The translations under genes and the position numbers were made by a program. The notes below the pieces were generated by a model, which had not been told where the DNA came from, did no database searches, and worked only from the letters and a program-made list of their open reading frames with translations. Of a stretch of 63,087 nucleotides of DNA, positions 38,478 to 51,754 are shown in pieces; position 1 is the first letter of the stretch, and every line of letters begins with the position of its first letter. This stretch comes from Octopus bimaculoides (lineage: Eukaryota), in contig NC_069005.1 of assembly GCF_001194135.2 (NCBI RefSeq), positions 29,660,326 to 29,723,412 on the forward strand, read 5' to 3'.

Positions 38478-39340
38478 CTCAATCATCATCATCATTGTCT
38501 AGCATCTGCTTTCCATGCTGGCATGGGTTAGACCAGGGGTTTTCAAACTGTGGTCCGCAAGGACAAGACAGGGGGTCCGTGGACAGCAAATACTTTTTAT
38601 GGGCAATTTGATTTTATATGTGTTCTTTAATCGAAATCTTTTAATTGATAATAAACCTATTTGTTAAATACTGTTAAATAAACAAATGTAAAAATATATG
38701 TTATTTTAAGCAAATATTTATGTATAAATTTCATAAGCGTTTATAAGGAGGTCCCTAAGGTAAAGGCTGAAATATAAAGGGGTCCGCAAGTCAAAAAGTT
38801 TGAAAACCCCTGGGTTAGACGGTTTGACTGAAACTGGTGAGATGGAGGGCTGTACCAGGTTCCAATCTGATTTAGTATGGTTTCTATGGCTAGATGGCCT
38901 TCCTAATGCCAACCAATCCAAGGGTGGAATTGGTGCTTTTTACGTGCCACTGGCTCAAGGTGCTAGTTACGTGGCACTGGCATCGGCCACAACTACAATT
39001 AGTTGGCTTGATGAGTTTTCTCAAGCATGGCACATCGCCAAGGTTTCCAGTCACTTCTCACCTCCACGAGGCCCAACATTCAAAGACCATGCTTCACCAC
39101 CTCGTCCCATGTCTTCCTGGGTCTACTCCTTCCACAGGTTTCCTCCACAGTTAGAGATCAGCACTTTTTTTTACACTGCTGTCCTTGACCATAAGCATCA
39201 CATGACCATATCAGCACAGACGTCTCCCTTGCACTCCACATCTGATGCCTCTTATGCCCAGGTTTTCTCTCAAGACACTTACACTCTGTCGTACATGCTC
39301 ACTGACACTGCGCTCCTAGCAAATATGATCTTGCTATTGT
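38478..39340 (-). mobile_element. 5'-truncated RTE LINE, interrupted by a hAT MITE
   Basis: Minus translation with stops: VRQSVSVLRENLGIRGIRCGVQGRRLC*YGHVM...GRSRPRKTWDEVVKHGL*MLGL. Continues into the 3' UTR and (CAT)n tail. Confidence 0.85.
38534..38812. mobile_element. hAT MITE nested in the RTE 3' UTR
   Basis: TIRs CAGGGGTTTTCAAAC and GTTTGAAAACCCCTG. Perfect 8-bp TSD GGTTAGAC (38526-38533 and 38813-38820). Confidence 0.95.
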
Positions 39341-39608
39341 GAACACAACACTCTAACCACTAGGTTAATGTCTCAATAATAAAAAATAAATAAATAAAGG
39401 AATGAGTTACTAAGTTGTTATTTCTAGCATTTTGAGGCAGCCTATTCTCAGGACATTGCATTTGGATGACTTGATTAGATGCTAGGAGGAGAAGGAAGAG
39501 TAGCAGAACTACACACTTGAAGAATATATCGTTAAAAATATCAAGTACCAGGAAATATTGCACCACATATTAAATGTTTGTGTGTGTGTGTATATGCATG
39601 CACAGAAA

Positions 39609-39659
<51 letters not shown>

Positions 39660-40421
39660 AATTTATTTTAAGCTCAAACTTCACAAATCACAATTTGGAG
39701 TTGCATGTACCCCTGATTCTAAAGTGATAATAAACATATTTCCTCCCTGATGTATGTGTGTGTGTGTATGAGTAGAAGTGTATATATATATATATATATA
39801 TATATGGGTGGGAGTATGTGTTTGTGTGGGAGTGTGTGTGGGAGTAAGCATATATTTAGACATAGCACCTCTGTAATTCACAAGTGGCATTCAAGTGGAT
39901 CAGCTCATCCAAGCTTCAAGGATAGTTTAAAGTACAACTGCAAGCTGCATTCAGAAAATACAGCCAATAAACTTATTAGGCAGAGTCCAGCTTCCTCACC
40001 TCAATTAATTAAGAGGAAGTCTAAAATCGTTGTTAATGTCTCCAGACATATTCACTCCCGTCATTTAATGTCCACTTTTCCAAGCTTGTGTGTGTCGGTT
40101 AGAATTTGTTGAGGCAAATCTTCTATGGCCAGATGCCCTTCCTGTCACCAAACCTCACATGTTTACAAGCAAGGTAATATTTCTCCTTTGTCAGATATTT
40201 TTCACAGAAGATTGGAAATGAACAGCTTGACTTGTGCGACTGATGGTCGTTTATAACCATCATGTGATGTCTAGGCAAAGCTACACACAAACATATATAT
40301 ACTTACATTTGCTGGTATCTACCTATTCCTTTATAGTGAATGCTTACTTGATATCTGCCAAGATTTTTAAAATCCTTTCTTATATATATATATATATATT
40401 ATGACAAATGACCGAGACCTT

Positions 40422-40562
40422 TGGGAATATGGCGTGCTTGAGAAGAAGACCCATTGAACCAACTGAAATAGATGTCATTATAGATACTGGTGTCACATAA
40501 TTGGCACCTGTGCCAGTGGCACGTAAAGGCGCCTATTACACTTTTGTATATATTACACTCGA

Positions 40563-40594
<32 letters not shown>

Positions 40595-40787
40595 TCGTGC
40601 TGGTGGCACGTAAAAAGCACTCACTACACTCTCGGAGTGGTTGGCATTAGGAAGGGCATCCAGCTGTAGAAACTCTGCCAGATTAGATTGGAGTCTGGTG
40701 TAGCCATCCGCTTCGCCAGTCCCCAGTCAAATCGTCCAACTCATGCTAGCATGGAAAGCAGACATTAAATGATGATGATGATGATAT
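40422..40787 (+). mobile_element. RTE LINE 3' end
   Basis: DRDLWEYGVLEKKTH-like coding end, GTGCCAGTGGCAC repeats, conserved 3' UTR and (GAT)n tail. Confidence 0.75.
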
Positions 40788-42657
40788 ATTATATATATAT
40801 AAACAGATAGATGTAGATATAAACACACACACACACGTTTTTGTCTGTTCTTATGCTTTGTTTACATCAGTCTAAAACTAAAGTTCTTTTTAGTGCATTT
40901 TTGTGTACTAGAAACTTAGTAGTTCAACAAACAGGGATCAATACAGTACGTATGCCAGAAGCAAAACAAGTATTGGAGCAGATGCGATCAGCTAAAATCC
41001 TTGACCGTCTCAGTCCTGTGACCAAAACCAGTATAACCGAATACCACTGGTGGCCAATCTAGTGAAACTGGTTAATTAGAGTGACCGGCGCCATTAAGAA
41101 ACTCAAGAATTTGACAATGAGAATACAACAGGTTGGAACTATTACAGCAGAGCAGAAAGACCAGTTCTGTGAGGTTCAAAGTAAAAACAATGCCAAAATG
41201 TTGATGAGTGAGGCATTGTCTTAATCATAATAAGAAACACTTTAATGGCTCTCGTTGGAGAAATTCAATCAGGTGTGGATGTAGGTGTGGAAGCGGCGGA
41301 CATGGTAGGATGAAGTGAAAAGACTTTAGTGTGAGACTTTTGTGATGTGTTGCAAATAAATGTGTCAGGTTTAACGAGTCAAGTCAGAATATCAACTGGT
41401 CATGCAGCCAGTTCGTTACCTGCCAGTCAGGTGAGATCGACTTAGTTCCGACAAGGTGGAGCCAAATTAGAACAGAAGATTGTTGAGTGAAATCAATGGC
41501 TCTTCCATCTCTTGTCCTCGTAACATATTTCTGGTAAATTCTGTTAATTGTTTCAGGATTTTAGTTACAGTAATTGACCCCAGGACTTCTATCGGTCTGT
41601 TTTGCCGAACCATTAAGTTACAGGGAACGTAAACACACCAACATTGGTTGTCAAGTGATGGTTGGTGGGGAACAAATACAGACACAAAGACACATGCATA
41701 GATATATACACCTGTATGTGTGTGTATATACGGCGAGCTTCTTTCAGTTTCTGTCTACTAAATCTATTCACAAGGCTTTGGTCAGCCTGAGGCTATAGTA
41801 GAAGACACTTGCCCAGAAACATGTGGTTGGGAAGCAAGCTTCTTCCCACACAGCCATGCCTAAACTTTAAAAAAAAAAAAAAATCTAATTTACTACCAAT
41901 AAATATTTTTCAATTCCTTGAGAGAAAATATTATAGATGCAGGTGTTGTGGTGTGGTTAAGAAGTCTGCTTTCCAATCAGGAAGTTTTGAGTTCAGTCCC
42001 AATGCATGGCAGCTTGGGCAAGCAACTTCTACTATAGCCTCAGGCTGACCGAAGCCTTGTGAGTGAATTTGGTAAACGGAAGCTAAATGAACCCCATTGT
42101 GTGAATGTGTGTNNNNNNNNNNNNNNNNNNNNNNNNNNNNNNNNNNNNNNNNNNNNNNNNNNNNNNNNNNNNNNNNNNNNNNNNNNNNNNNNNNNNNNNN
42201 NNNNNNNNNNNNNNNNNNNNNNNNNNNNNNNNNNNNNNNNNNNNNNNNNNNNNNNNNNNNNNNNNNNNNNNNNNNNNNNNNNNNNNNNNNNNNNNNNNNN
42301 NNNNNNNNNNNNNNNNNNNNNNNNNNNNNNNNNNNNNNNNNNNNNNNNNNNNNNNNNNNNNNNNNNNNNNNNNNNNNNNNNNNNNNNNNNNNNNNNNNNN
42401 NNNNNNNNNNNNNNNNNNNNNNNNNNNNNNNNNNNNNNNNNNNNNNNNNNNNNNNNNNNNNNNNNNNNNNNNNNNNNNNNNNNNNNNNNNNNNNNNNNNN
42501 NNNNNNNNNNNNNNNNNNNNNNNNNNNNNNNNNNNNNNNNNNNNNNNNNNNNNNNNNNNNNNNNNNNNNNNNNNNNNNNNNNNNNNNNNNNNNNNNNNNN
42601 NNNNNATTAACCATGCATCATCTTGTAGCTTTGAGATTTCAATGATGTGATTGTTTA

Positions 42658-42940
42658 CAGTTCTATATCTAAGAGATGAGGAATTATTTACATTATTTAC
42701 ATTTGACGGATATTTGTCCTCATCTTGTTTGTTGTTAACACAACGTTTCGGCTGATATACCCTCAAGCCTTCGTCCGGTGTCTTGGGGAAATTTTGAACC
42801 TGGGTTCTCGTTCCTAACGATGTTACTATTATTCTATTATTATTATTATTATTACTATTATTAATCAGGTCGCTGCCGTGAATCGAACTCGGAATCTTGG
42901 GGTTAGTAGCCCGCGCTCTTAACCACTATGCCATATGCCC
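42658..42940 (-). mobile_element. tRNA-headed SINE-like element with Penelope-type hammerhead tail
   Basis: 11-bp TSD GTGATTGTTTA (42647-42657 and 42941-42951). Box A TGGCATAGTGG (42923-42933), box B GAGTTCGATTC (42880-42890), (TAA)n linker, hammerhead motif 42737-42782, 3' stem AGATGAGGA/TCCTCATCT. Confidence 0.8.
42737..42782 (-). ncRNA. Minimal type I hammerhead motif inside the SINE-like element
   Basis: GACAC-CGGACGA-A-GGCU[12 nt]AGCC-GAAA-C-GUU-GUGUU. Stems I and II pair, palindromic ACGU stem III, U4 replaced by G in this copy. Confidence 0.65.
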
Positions 42941-43940
42941 GTGATTGTTTATTTTCGGGATGACATTGTAAGGTAGGTGTGAGAGGCTGGATCTGGCGTG
43001 GTTGAACATAAAACTATTAGAATATTTCGACCAGGTATGACCAGCTTAAATGCTAAAACATTAAATAATTAAATGAAAAATACAGGTATCAATAAACTAA
43101 TCTGGCAGCAACAGGAATTTGAAAATCCTGCTTGTAGATTAGTGTAGATTAAAAGAGGCTCCAGAGCCTCAGTGTCGAGAATGCTTGTGTTTCACTTGTA
43201 TATTTGTGTCATTGATCTTCACCAAATCACTCCAGACTCATGAGATTGATATGGTGGATGCCTTGTCAGGAACGCTGTTTGAAAACCTATTCTGTTTGGT
43301 GTCAGCGAAGCCAGTTTTTTTTTTTTTAATAGCCTCAACCGCCTCCAGTTTTTTCAGTGAATTATAAAACAGAAATAGCACAAAAAAACACGACAATATT
43401 CGCAGTGCTTAAAATAATGTTTAAATTCCATCCACTCGGCCGATTCAAATGCTCTCATTATATACATGACATTATTATATACACAAAGAGATTAATCACA
43501 TGTTTAGACTAGTGTGACGTGTATGTGTGTGTGTCTGTGTGTGTGTATATATGACACAAACACACATCCTCTGCCAGTCTTTCGAAAGACTGAAGCATTA
43601 ACCTTCAAGGACGGAAGGTATTTGATTAATGATACTGGCAAGGTATGCAAATTCTTCAAAGGAGCGACACAGGTATTGATTGAAGAAGTACCTACTCAGT
43701 CTGGAATATTTTAAAAACGACAGTGATTGTCTACATATGCATGAGGCCAGACCGACCCTGGAGGATAAAAAGTAAAATTAACTTAGGTGGTAAGTAATTT
43801 GCTTACCAGCCACATGGTACCAGGTTCACTCCCGTTGCGTGGCACCTTGGGCCAGTGTCTTCTACTATAGCCTCTGGCTGATGAAAGCCTTGTGAGTGGA
43901 TTTGGGAGACAAAAACTGAAAGAAGCCTGTCGTATATATG

Positions 43941-43994
<54 letters not shown>

Positions 43995-44977
43995 TCCCCA
44001 CAACCACTTGACAACCGGTGTTGATGTGCTTAGATTTTCGTAACTTAGCAGTTTGGCAAAAGAGAGGGATAGAATGAGCAGCAGGTTTTACAAAGAAAAT
44101 AATGTACTGGGGGTTGATACATTTGACTAAAACTTTAAGGTGGTGCCCCAGCATGGCCACAGTCTAATAATGACTGAAACGAGTAAAAGATAGAAAATAA
44201 AAGGGATTAGCACCCGTGAGCTTTACACAAACATTTTCCTGATTGCTGTAGATTGATGTGGTTTATTTCCAGGCTGGCCCCGATCAAACAGAAACTGATC
44301 ATCGGCATTCCAGTCATGACCATCCTGTCAATTTTTCTTCTTCAGATATAATGTATGAATGCAGAACTACGTTATCCAATACACCTGCTTATTGCTTTTT
44401 TTAAAAGACAATGGGAAGGTGTATGTATGATACAAAGGGAAATTTGGTTGCTATTTCTAGCAGGTCAAGCNNNNNNNNNNNNNNNNNNNNNNNNNNNNNN
44501 NNNNNNNNNNNNNNNNNNNNNNNNNNNNNNNNNNNNNNNNNNNNNNNNNNNNNNNNNNNNNNNNNNNNNNNNNNNNNNNNNNNNNNNNNNNNNNNNNNNN
44601 NNNNNNNNNNNNNNNNNNNNNNNNNNNNNNNNNNNNNNNNNNNNNNNNNNNNNNNNNNNNNNNNNNNNNNNNNNNNNNNNNNNNNNNNNNNNNNNNNNNN
44701 NNNNNNNNNNNNNNNNNNNNNNNNNNNNNNNNNNNNNNNNNNNNNNNNNNNNNNNNNNNNNNNNNNNNNNNNNNCCCCCCCCCCATCTTTTAAGGGGAGA
44801 AGTTATCTCAAATGTGTGTGTACGTGTAGCCGAGTGAGTAGCAGCAGTAGTAGTTTTGTCATCCTAACCCTAACCCCCCTTTTAATACCATCCTGCACAA
44901 AGGCATCTGTGGTTCTGAGATATAAATTCTAGGTTTTAATGTGATCGAAACTGGAGATCTTCCATCAAAATTCTCTC

Positions 44978-45140
44978 GGCGCAGGAGTGGCTGTGTGGTA
45001 AGTAGCTTGCTTATCAACCACATGGTTCCGGGTTCAGTCCTACTGCGTGGCACCTTGGGCAAGTGTCTTCTACTATAGCCTCGGGCCAACCAAAGCCTTG
45101 TGAGTGGATTTGGTAGACGAAAACTGAAAGAAGCCTGTCG

Positions 45141-45171
<31 letters not shown>

Positions 45172-45388
45172 GTGTGTGTGTGTTTGTGTGTCTGTGTTTG
45201 TCTCCCCAACATCGCTTGACAACCGATGCTGGTGTGTTTACGTCCCCGTAACTTAGCGGTTCGGCAAAAGAGACTGATAGAATAAGTACTAGGCTTACAA
45301 AGAATAAGTCCTGGGGTCGATTTGCTTGACTAAAGGCGGTGCTCCAGCATGGCCGCAGTCAAATGACTGAAACAAGTAAAAAAGAGTA
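44978..45388 (+). mobile_element. SINE family A, full-length reference copy
   Basis: GGCGCAGGAGTGGCTGTGTGG head, box B GGTTCAGTCC, CORE-like CACCTTGGGCAAGTGTCTT, internal (TA)n(TG)n, tail ending CAAGTAAAAAAGAG. More than 20 full or partial copies in the window. Confidence 0.9.
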
Positions 45389-45989
45389 ACCTTATAGCAT
45401 TCACATTACCCTGTTAAATGTAATTCTTATGTATTCATTTGAATTTACCATGCATTATCTTGTAGCTTTGAGATTTTGATGAGGTAACTTAACTTTTAGA
45501 ATGATATTGTAGGGTAGGTGTGAGAGATCAGATCTGGCCAGTTAATCTGTTAAGCATTCAGATTACTCTGTCAAAAGTAATGCTTATTTATTCACATTGT
45601 TTTGATTTAATCATACATTGTCTTGTAGCTTTGAGATTTTGATGAGCTAACTATTTTTAGAATGACATTGTAGGGTCGGTGTGAAAGGCTGGATCCAGCT
45701 GGTTTGAATAGAAAACTGACAGAATATTCGGGCCGGATATGGCTGGTTTAAATGCTACGCAATTATTTTAATAGATATTTCATTATTTTCAAAATTAATT
45801 GAAACAAAAGGAGTATATATTTCAACAGATATATGGTAACAAAAGGATTAAATATGCCAAAAGTGGTGCCATAGTGTAGTGGGTTACATTGACCGGAGCC
45901 AAAGACATCTATAAAATGCCGTTTTGGTCATTAAGGCTTATTTCAATATCCATAGAGTACAAGCATCCGAGAACAGAAAACTTCCCCTG

Positions 45990-46170
45990 GATGGGATGCT
46001 AGTCCACTATAAAGTTGATTCCCCTAGCTGTTGGTGATATTCTTTTCCTGCCAAGTGGACAAGTGCAACACGAAATTAAGCTCCTTACACTTGGACACAA
46101 TACATCGCTCCAGGGAATTGAACCTATCACCTTATGGTTATAAGCCCAAGACCCTAACCACTAGGCCACA
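45990..46170 (-). mobile_element. Diverged tRNA-derived CORE-like SINE
   Basis: Minus strand TGTGGCCTAGTGGTTAGGGTC...GGTTCAATTCCCTGG head, followed by TGTGTCCAAGTGTAAG. Confidence 0.5.
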
Positions 46171-46819
46171 ATACCTTTACTTTGATCCCAATACAAGTTC
46201 TTATTTACTTTTCAGTATACATAAGTATTCCTGTGTTAATAGCAGCCAATCTGCCCTCAAATTACACTTTAAAATCTTAAGTAATAATGAAAAGCAAGCA
46301 AAAAAAAAAAAAAAAAACAAAGAAAAAGAGGATGATTTGTAGGATCCTTGTTGATCTGGGGTTATACAACAACAACAAGAATATGTTCTTGTGGTCCAAC
46401 CCTGACAATAATCAGAGACATGGTAGTTCTACCGATTCTATCAGTGTTCTAGTTACATTGCCCAAAATCTGCATCACCCCACCATTTTAAATATTTGGCT
46501 GTTATTTTCTGCAGGACAAGCGACCACAGAGGTTCCCTCATTGGTTCCTAGTAGAAGTAGTAGTAATAGTAATAGTAGTAGCAGTGATGGTTAGATAGTT
46601 TATTACTTTTTTATGAAAGAGCCAAATTGTTGACTGACAATCGAAATTCCACAAACCAATAATTCTTGGAATTGTTGGTGCCAACAGAACAATTGAAAAA
46701 TAACTCGATAATCTATACAAAAAAAAAAACAAAAAAACTTCCTACTGTCAAAAATGGAAAACAAAATGCCTGGCAGAATTTAACCCATACAGCAATAGAT
46801 ATGCATCCTTCTATTTCCC

Positions 46820-46851
<32 letters not shown>

Positions 46852-48358
46852 CATCACTGTCATTATTCAACATCTGTTTTCCATGCTGGCACGGGTTGGA
46901 CGTGGTTTCTACAGCTGGATGCTCTTCCTAACACCAAACACTTAACAGAGTGTACATACATATATATATATATAACTCCTCAGCTAGAGGAGATGTCTTC
47001 CTAGGGCTAAAAACAACAGTAGCATTGTCCTCTATGGGACCGCCACATTTAGTTGAGAAATATATTTTACGATATATACATATATATATAAAGTAGTTGT
47101 ATACTGCCAACTTAACGTGACAGTCCCAATAAGGGAATATACTACTGCTGTTTAGCCCTAGGAAGCCAGACCGCTTCCTATATATATATATATATATGTA
47201 TATATGTGTGTGTGTGTGTGTGTGCATACATGCCTATGTGTGTGCATATTTATGAATATGTATATAGAGTTATATGTATTATTTTGTTTCAGTCAATGGA
47301 CTGTGGCCATGCTGGGGTATTTATTGCTTTGAAGAATTTCGAGTCTAACAAACTGACCCCAGTACTTATTTTATCAGTCTCTTTTGCTGAACTGCTAAGT
47401 TACACACACACACATGTACATGCATGTGTAAATAAGGTGAATTGGCAGAGTTGTCAGAGTGTTAGATCGGATGCCTTGTAGTATTTATTTTGTCTTGGTT
47501 CCTCTGCACACTGAGTTCAAATCCTGCTGAGGTGAGTCAACTTTGCTATTAATCCTTCCGGGCCATCCAGAGTGGAGGATTGGCAGAAGTGTTACAGAGT
47601 CGGGCGAGATAGCTCATTATATCTGTTCCCACTCTATGCATTCTGACAGCAATGCTTGCAACAACACTGGTGCCAAACCGTATCATCCCAAATTGGCAGC
47701 GTTTTCCTCGGATAAACATTGGTGGCTGGGGTAGAGAGTGGTGACTTGCAGACTTGCAAGCATGGGATAGAGTTTCCTTTAAAAAAAAAAAGCTTGCCCA
47801 GGCTTGTGCAGACAAGTGAAAATGAATGGACAACACTGACCAATAGAAGCCATATATATATACATATATGATAGATAGATGGATATAAAAATCGATATAG
47901 ATAGATATAGATACATATATATTTATATACAGATAGATATATAGACATAAATAGATACACAGAAGCAAATAGACACATATTTAGACAGACAGACAGACAG
48001 ATAGAAAGACTGACAGAGATAAATAGAGATAGATAGATAGATAGATATGTAGACAAACAGGTTTGTGTATGTGTGATGAACACAATTCATTCTATAAAAC
48101 ATAAAATCACAAAAGTCCTCAATAAAGTGCCGTTGTGGGGCAGTGGGTACAGAGAGCTGATTGTAGTTCACTTGATAATTAACAATACAAATTCACAATG
48201 ACTGTTTAATGAAGATAAATATAACTAAAAATATCTGTGCGTTCATACATACATGTATGTGGGTGTGTGCGGGACGGGGTAAAAAGAACTTATTAATTTG
48301 ACTGATTAAAAATGTGATTATTCTATATATAGAATCTGTTTGCTTTAAACTACTAATC

Positions 48359-48435
<77 letters not shown>

Positions 48436-48461
48436 AACACGTATACATAGATATCTTTCTA

Positions 48462-48630
48462 CTACTACAGGCACAAGGCCTGAAATTTTAGGGGAGGGGG
48501 GTAGTCGATTACATCGACCCTAGTCCTCGACTGGTACTTATTTTACAGGTTCCGGAAAAGTGAAAGGCAAAGTCGACCTAGGCGGAATTTGAACTCAAAA
48601 CGTAAAGCCGGCAGAAATGCCGCTAAACAT
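48462..48630 (-). mobile_element. SINE family B copy
   Basis: GGCACAAGGCCTGAAATT...GGCAAAGTCGACC...GGAATTTGAACTC as in the other copies. Confidence 0.8.
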
Positions 48631-49502
48631 TTTGTCGTAGATAAATGTATATGTGTGTGATAAATGTATATGTGTGTGTGCGTATACATGTATATATATG
48701 TGTGTATACACATAAGCATATATTATAGATGATACACCACTTACATATATAAACAGATGTGTTTGTGTAACTGAATAAATGTCAGTAGATATAAATATAT
48801 GTATGTATGTACATGTATGAGTGTGTTTATGCATGCGTATGTGTGTATACGTATGCGGCGATGGTTTAACTAGTTGAAATATTGAAGTCACTGTATAAGA
48901 ACAATAAACTGGTACTCTACAAAAGTATAAGAGCAATCCATCAGATTAATGTAAAATTGTTTTAATTGTAACCGAACATAAAATCAGACATAAATACACA
49001 CATACACACAGAGAGGAGAAACTCATTATAGAAAACCTAATTTCACATCACAATTTAAGCCGCAGTTCGGTCCGGTGGACCGACCATATTTACTAAAGAA
49101 GAAAAAAAAAAAAGAGAGAAAGAGAATCTATCTATAACCATTCTAGTTTGTTTCTTCAAGGCTGAGCAGGAAAGAACAACCAGCAAGTGGTTTCCGCGTT
49201 CAAAACCCCCCCGAGGGTAGAGATGTTAGCGGGAGCAGGTTAGATTCTATCGCACATGTGCTGTTTTCTGAGAGACCAAGAGACCATCTTCAGCCATAAT
49301 CCTAACACACAACAAACATAGACATATAGAAACTCGCCAGTCTTTTTTATATTTGGTAGAGATGGCCATGAATAAATTTGTAGTAATTTATTTTATTCAA
49401 TATTATTGAAAAGAGTAATAAATAGCTATATGGGAGTTTTCTATCTATCTATCTTTCTATCTATCCATCGATCTATCTATCGATCTTTCTATCTATCTAT
49501 CT

Positions 49503-49549
<47 letters not shown>

Positions 49550-49681
49550 NNNNNNNNNNCATAGACACATATATATATATATATATATATAAATGTGCAC
49601 ATACACACATATATACAAATGTACACATACATACACACATATAAATGTACACACACACACACATATATATATATATACCCA

Positions 49682-49724
<43 letters not shown>

Positions 49725-49805
49725 GTGCACTCACAAACATCGCTTGTAGGTTGATACGTGTAAAGATTATGATAGAGGAAGCCGCCTATATAATTGTGTA
49801 TATGA

Positions 49806-49837
<32 letters not shown>

Positions 49838-50265
49838 CACACACACATATATATGATATATATGTGTGTATACACACACACAGTGAGATGGAGATATCAC
49901 ATAAACGGCACTGACAATCAAGCCTCCGTAAAACATCTGATAATTTCCAGCCGCACAGAAAAAGGGAAAAGACCCTCCCCCCATCACATTTATAAACATA
50001 TACTGAGTACCATGTCCACAAACAAAAAACTATATACACCATTACCCCACAAAAATATTACCAGCCGCCCTTCCCGACCAAAAAATCAACCCAAAAGCAT
50101 GCTTAAAGGCCTACCTCATACAAAAGCCGAAAAATCGTAGTAACTGCATGTTGAGATGTGCTGGATGGAGTGGAAATCAATTGAATATGGTGAATAATAA
50201 ACGTTCGTTTCTTCCGTTTTTGGTGTTGTTTTGATTTGTATGTGTTTGTTGTTATTGTTTTACAG

Positions 50266-50315
50266 CGTCAGAGGCACAGAGGGTTGAGAGAAGAAGGTCT
50301 GTCAGATCCATCTTG
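50266..50315 (+). CDS. Candidate 50-nt internal exon (xSEAQRVERRRSVRSIL or RQRHRGLREEGLSDPS)
   Basis: Long U-rich acceptor ...gttattgttttacag, canonical donor TTG|gtgagt, purine-rich non-repeat body, two open frames. Gene not recognised. Confidence 0.45.
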
Positions 50316-51246
50316 GTGAGTAAAGGGCACTGGCTGTGATGATAAACTTAACGGCAGCAGAGGAGGGGGAGGATGTAGAAAGAGTGAAAGAGAGTTGGGG
50401 AGGAGAGGAGAGAGAGCGATGGTGTTATAATGACAGTGGGAGGTGTAAACATGGTGAATGGCAGGTAGAGAGGTGAGAGGGGAGTTGAGAAAGGAAAGGA
50501 AGCTTAAGCGTGGAGGAGAGTGAGAGAGAGAGAGAGGAAGATAGTGAAAGCACGTGAGGGTGAAGGGAAGAGAGAAGAGAAAGAAAGATGTTTATAAATG
50601 AAGGAGAGAGCGTGATGGAGAAGTCAATGAGTTAGTATCACAATAATGGCGAGGGGAGGGTAAAGATGAAGACTGAAAGGTAGGGAGGGGTAGATAGATA
50701 GATAAAATGAGTGAGTGAGTGAAAAGAGGCAAAAGAAAAGCAAGAAGGAAAGAGATTTATTGACGGAGAAGCCAATGCTGTAGTGACAGGATAAGGTGGG
50801 AGAGAGGGTAAACACGATGAGCGGGAGAGAGAAATAGAGAGAGAGAGAGAAAGCGAAAGAGCAGTAGGCAGAGTGAACGCGCTAGTATCACAATAATGGC
50901 GACGGGGAAGATATGATAAATGAAGGGTTGTAAGAAAGACAGAGAGAAAGAAGAAAGGGGGGGGGTCGATTGATCGGGAAAGGAAAAGTGGAGTATTTCA
51001 TGGAAAGGGAGATCGATGTTCATCCAGTGTTTTTAACCGGGGAATGAAGACAGAAACTGGTTAAAGACGGCGTGTGCTTTTGAATATAGTAAGACTTATA
51101 TATATATATATAGAGAGAGAGAGAGGATGAGCAGATACTAGAGAACTAGAAAGAGCGAAATTATTCAAGTCGAAAGCACACAAATGAAGAGAGAAGGAGA
51201 ATTTAAAAGAGGACAAATCTTCATTTGTCTTAGATAGGGAAATAAA

Positions 51247-51248
51247 TT

Positions 51249-51310
<62 letters not shown>

Positions 51311-51319
51311 CAGGTAGAC

Positions 51320-51382
<63 letters not shown>

Positions 51383-51383
51383 C

Positions 51384-51414
<31 letters not shown>

Positions 51415-51440
51415 CAGATAGATAGGTAGATAGGTAGATG
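51247..51440. repeat. (GATA)n microsatellite
   Basis: Direct inspection. Confidence 0.95.
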
Positions 51441-51651
51441 ACCTTACACAGGAAGGGAAAGAATGTCAGTGAAATGGAAGCGTAGGTGGTGGTGGTGGTG
51501 GTGGTGGTGATGGAGGCTGGACATCAGCAGACTGAAAAATGAAGCCTAATATCTGTTCTGCTTGTTTTTGTGGTCCAAGGTCAACTCTAATATAGTATAT
51601 ATATCTGTTCAACGACATTCTAGCCATGACCAACCCTCTCTCTCTCTTTCT

Positions 51652-51694
<43 letters not shown>

Positions 51695-51704
51695 TTGTTT
51701 TGCA

Positions 51705-51754
<50 letters not shown>

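Noticed and set aside
41420-41560. Possible minus-strand exon IYQKYVTRTRDGRAIDF...PDWQ|gtaacg
   Set aside because: Poor acceptor abutting a SINE, and no homology recognised.
44863-44880. CCTAACCCTAACCC telomere-like words
   Set aside because: Only about two units; expected by chance.
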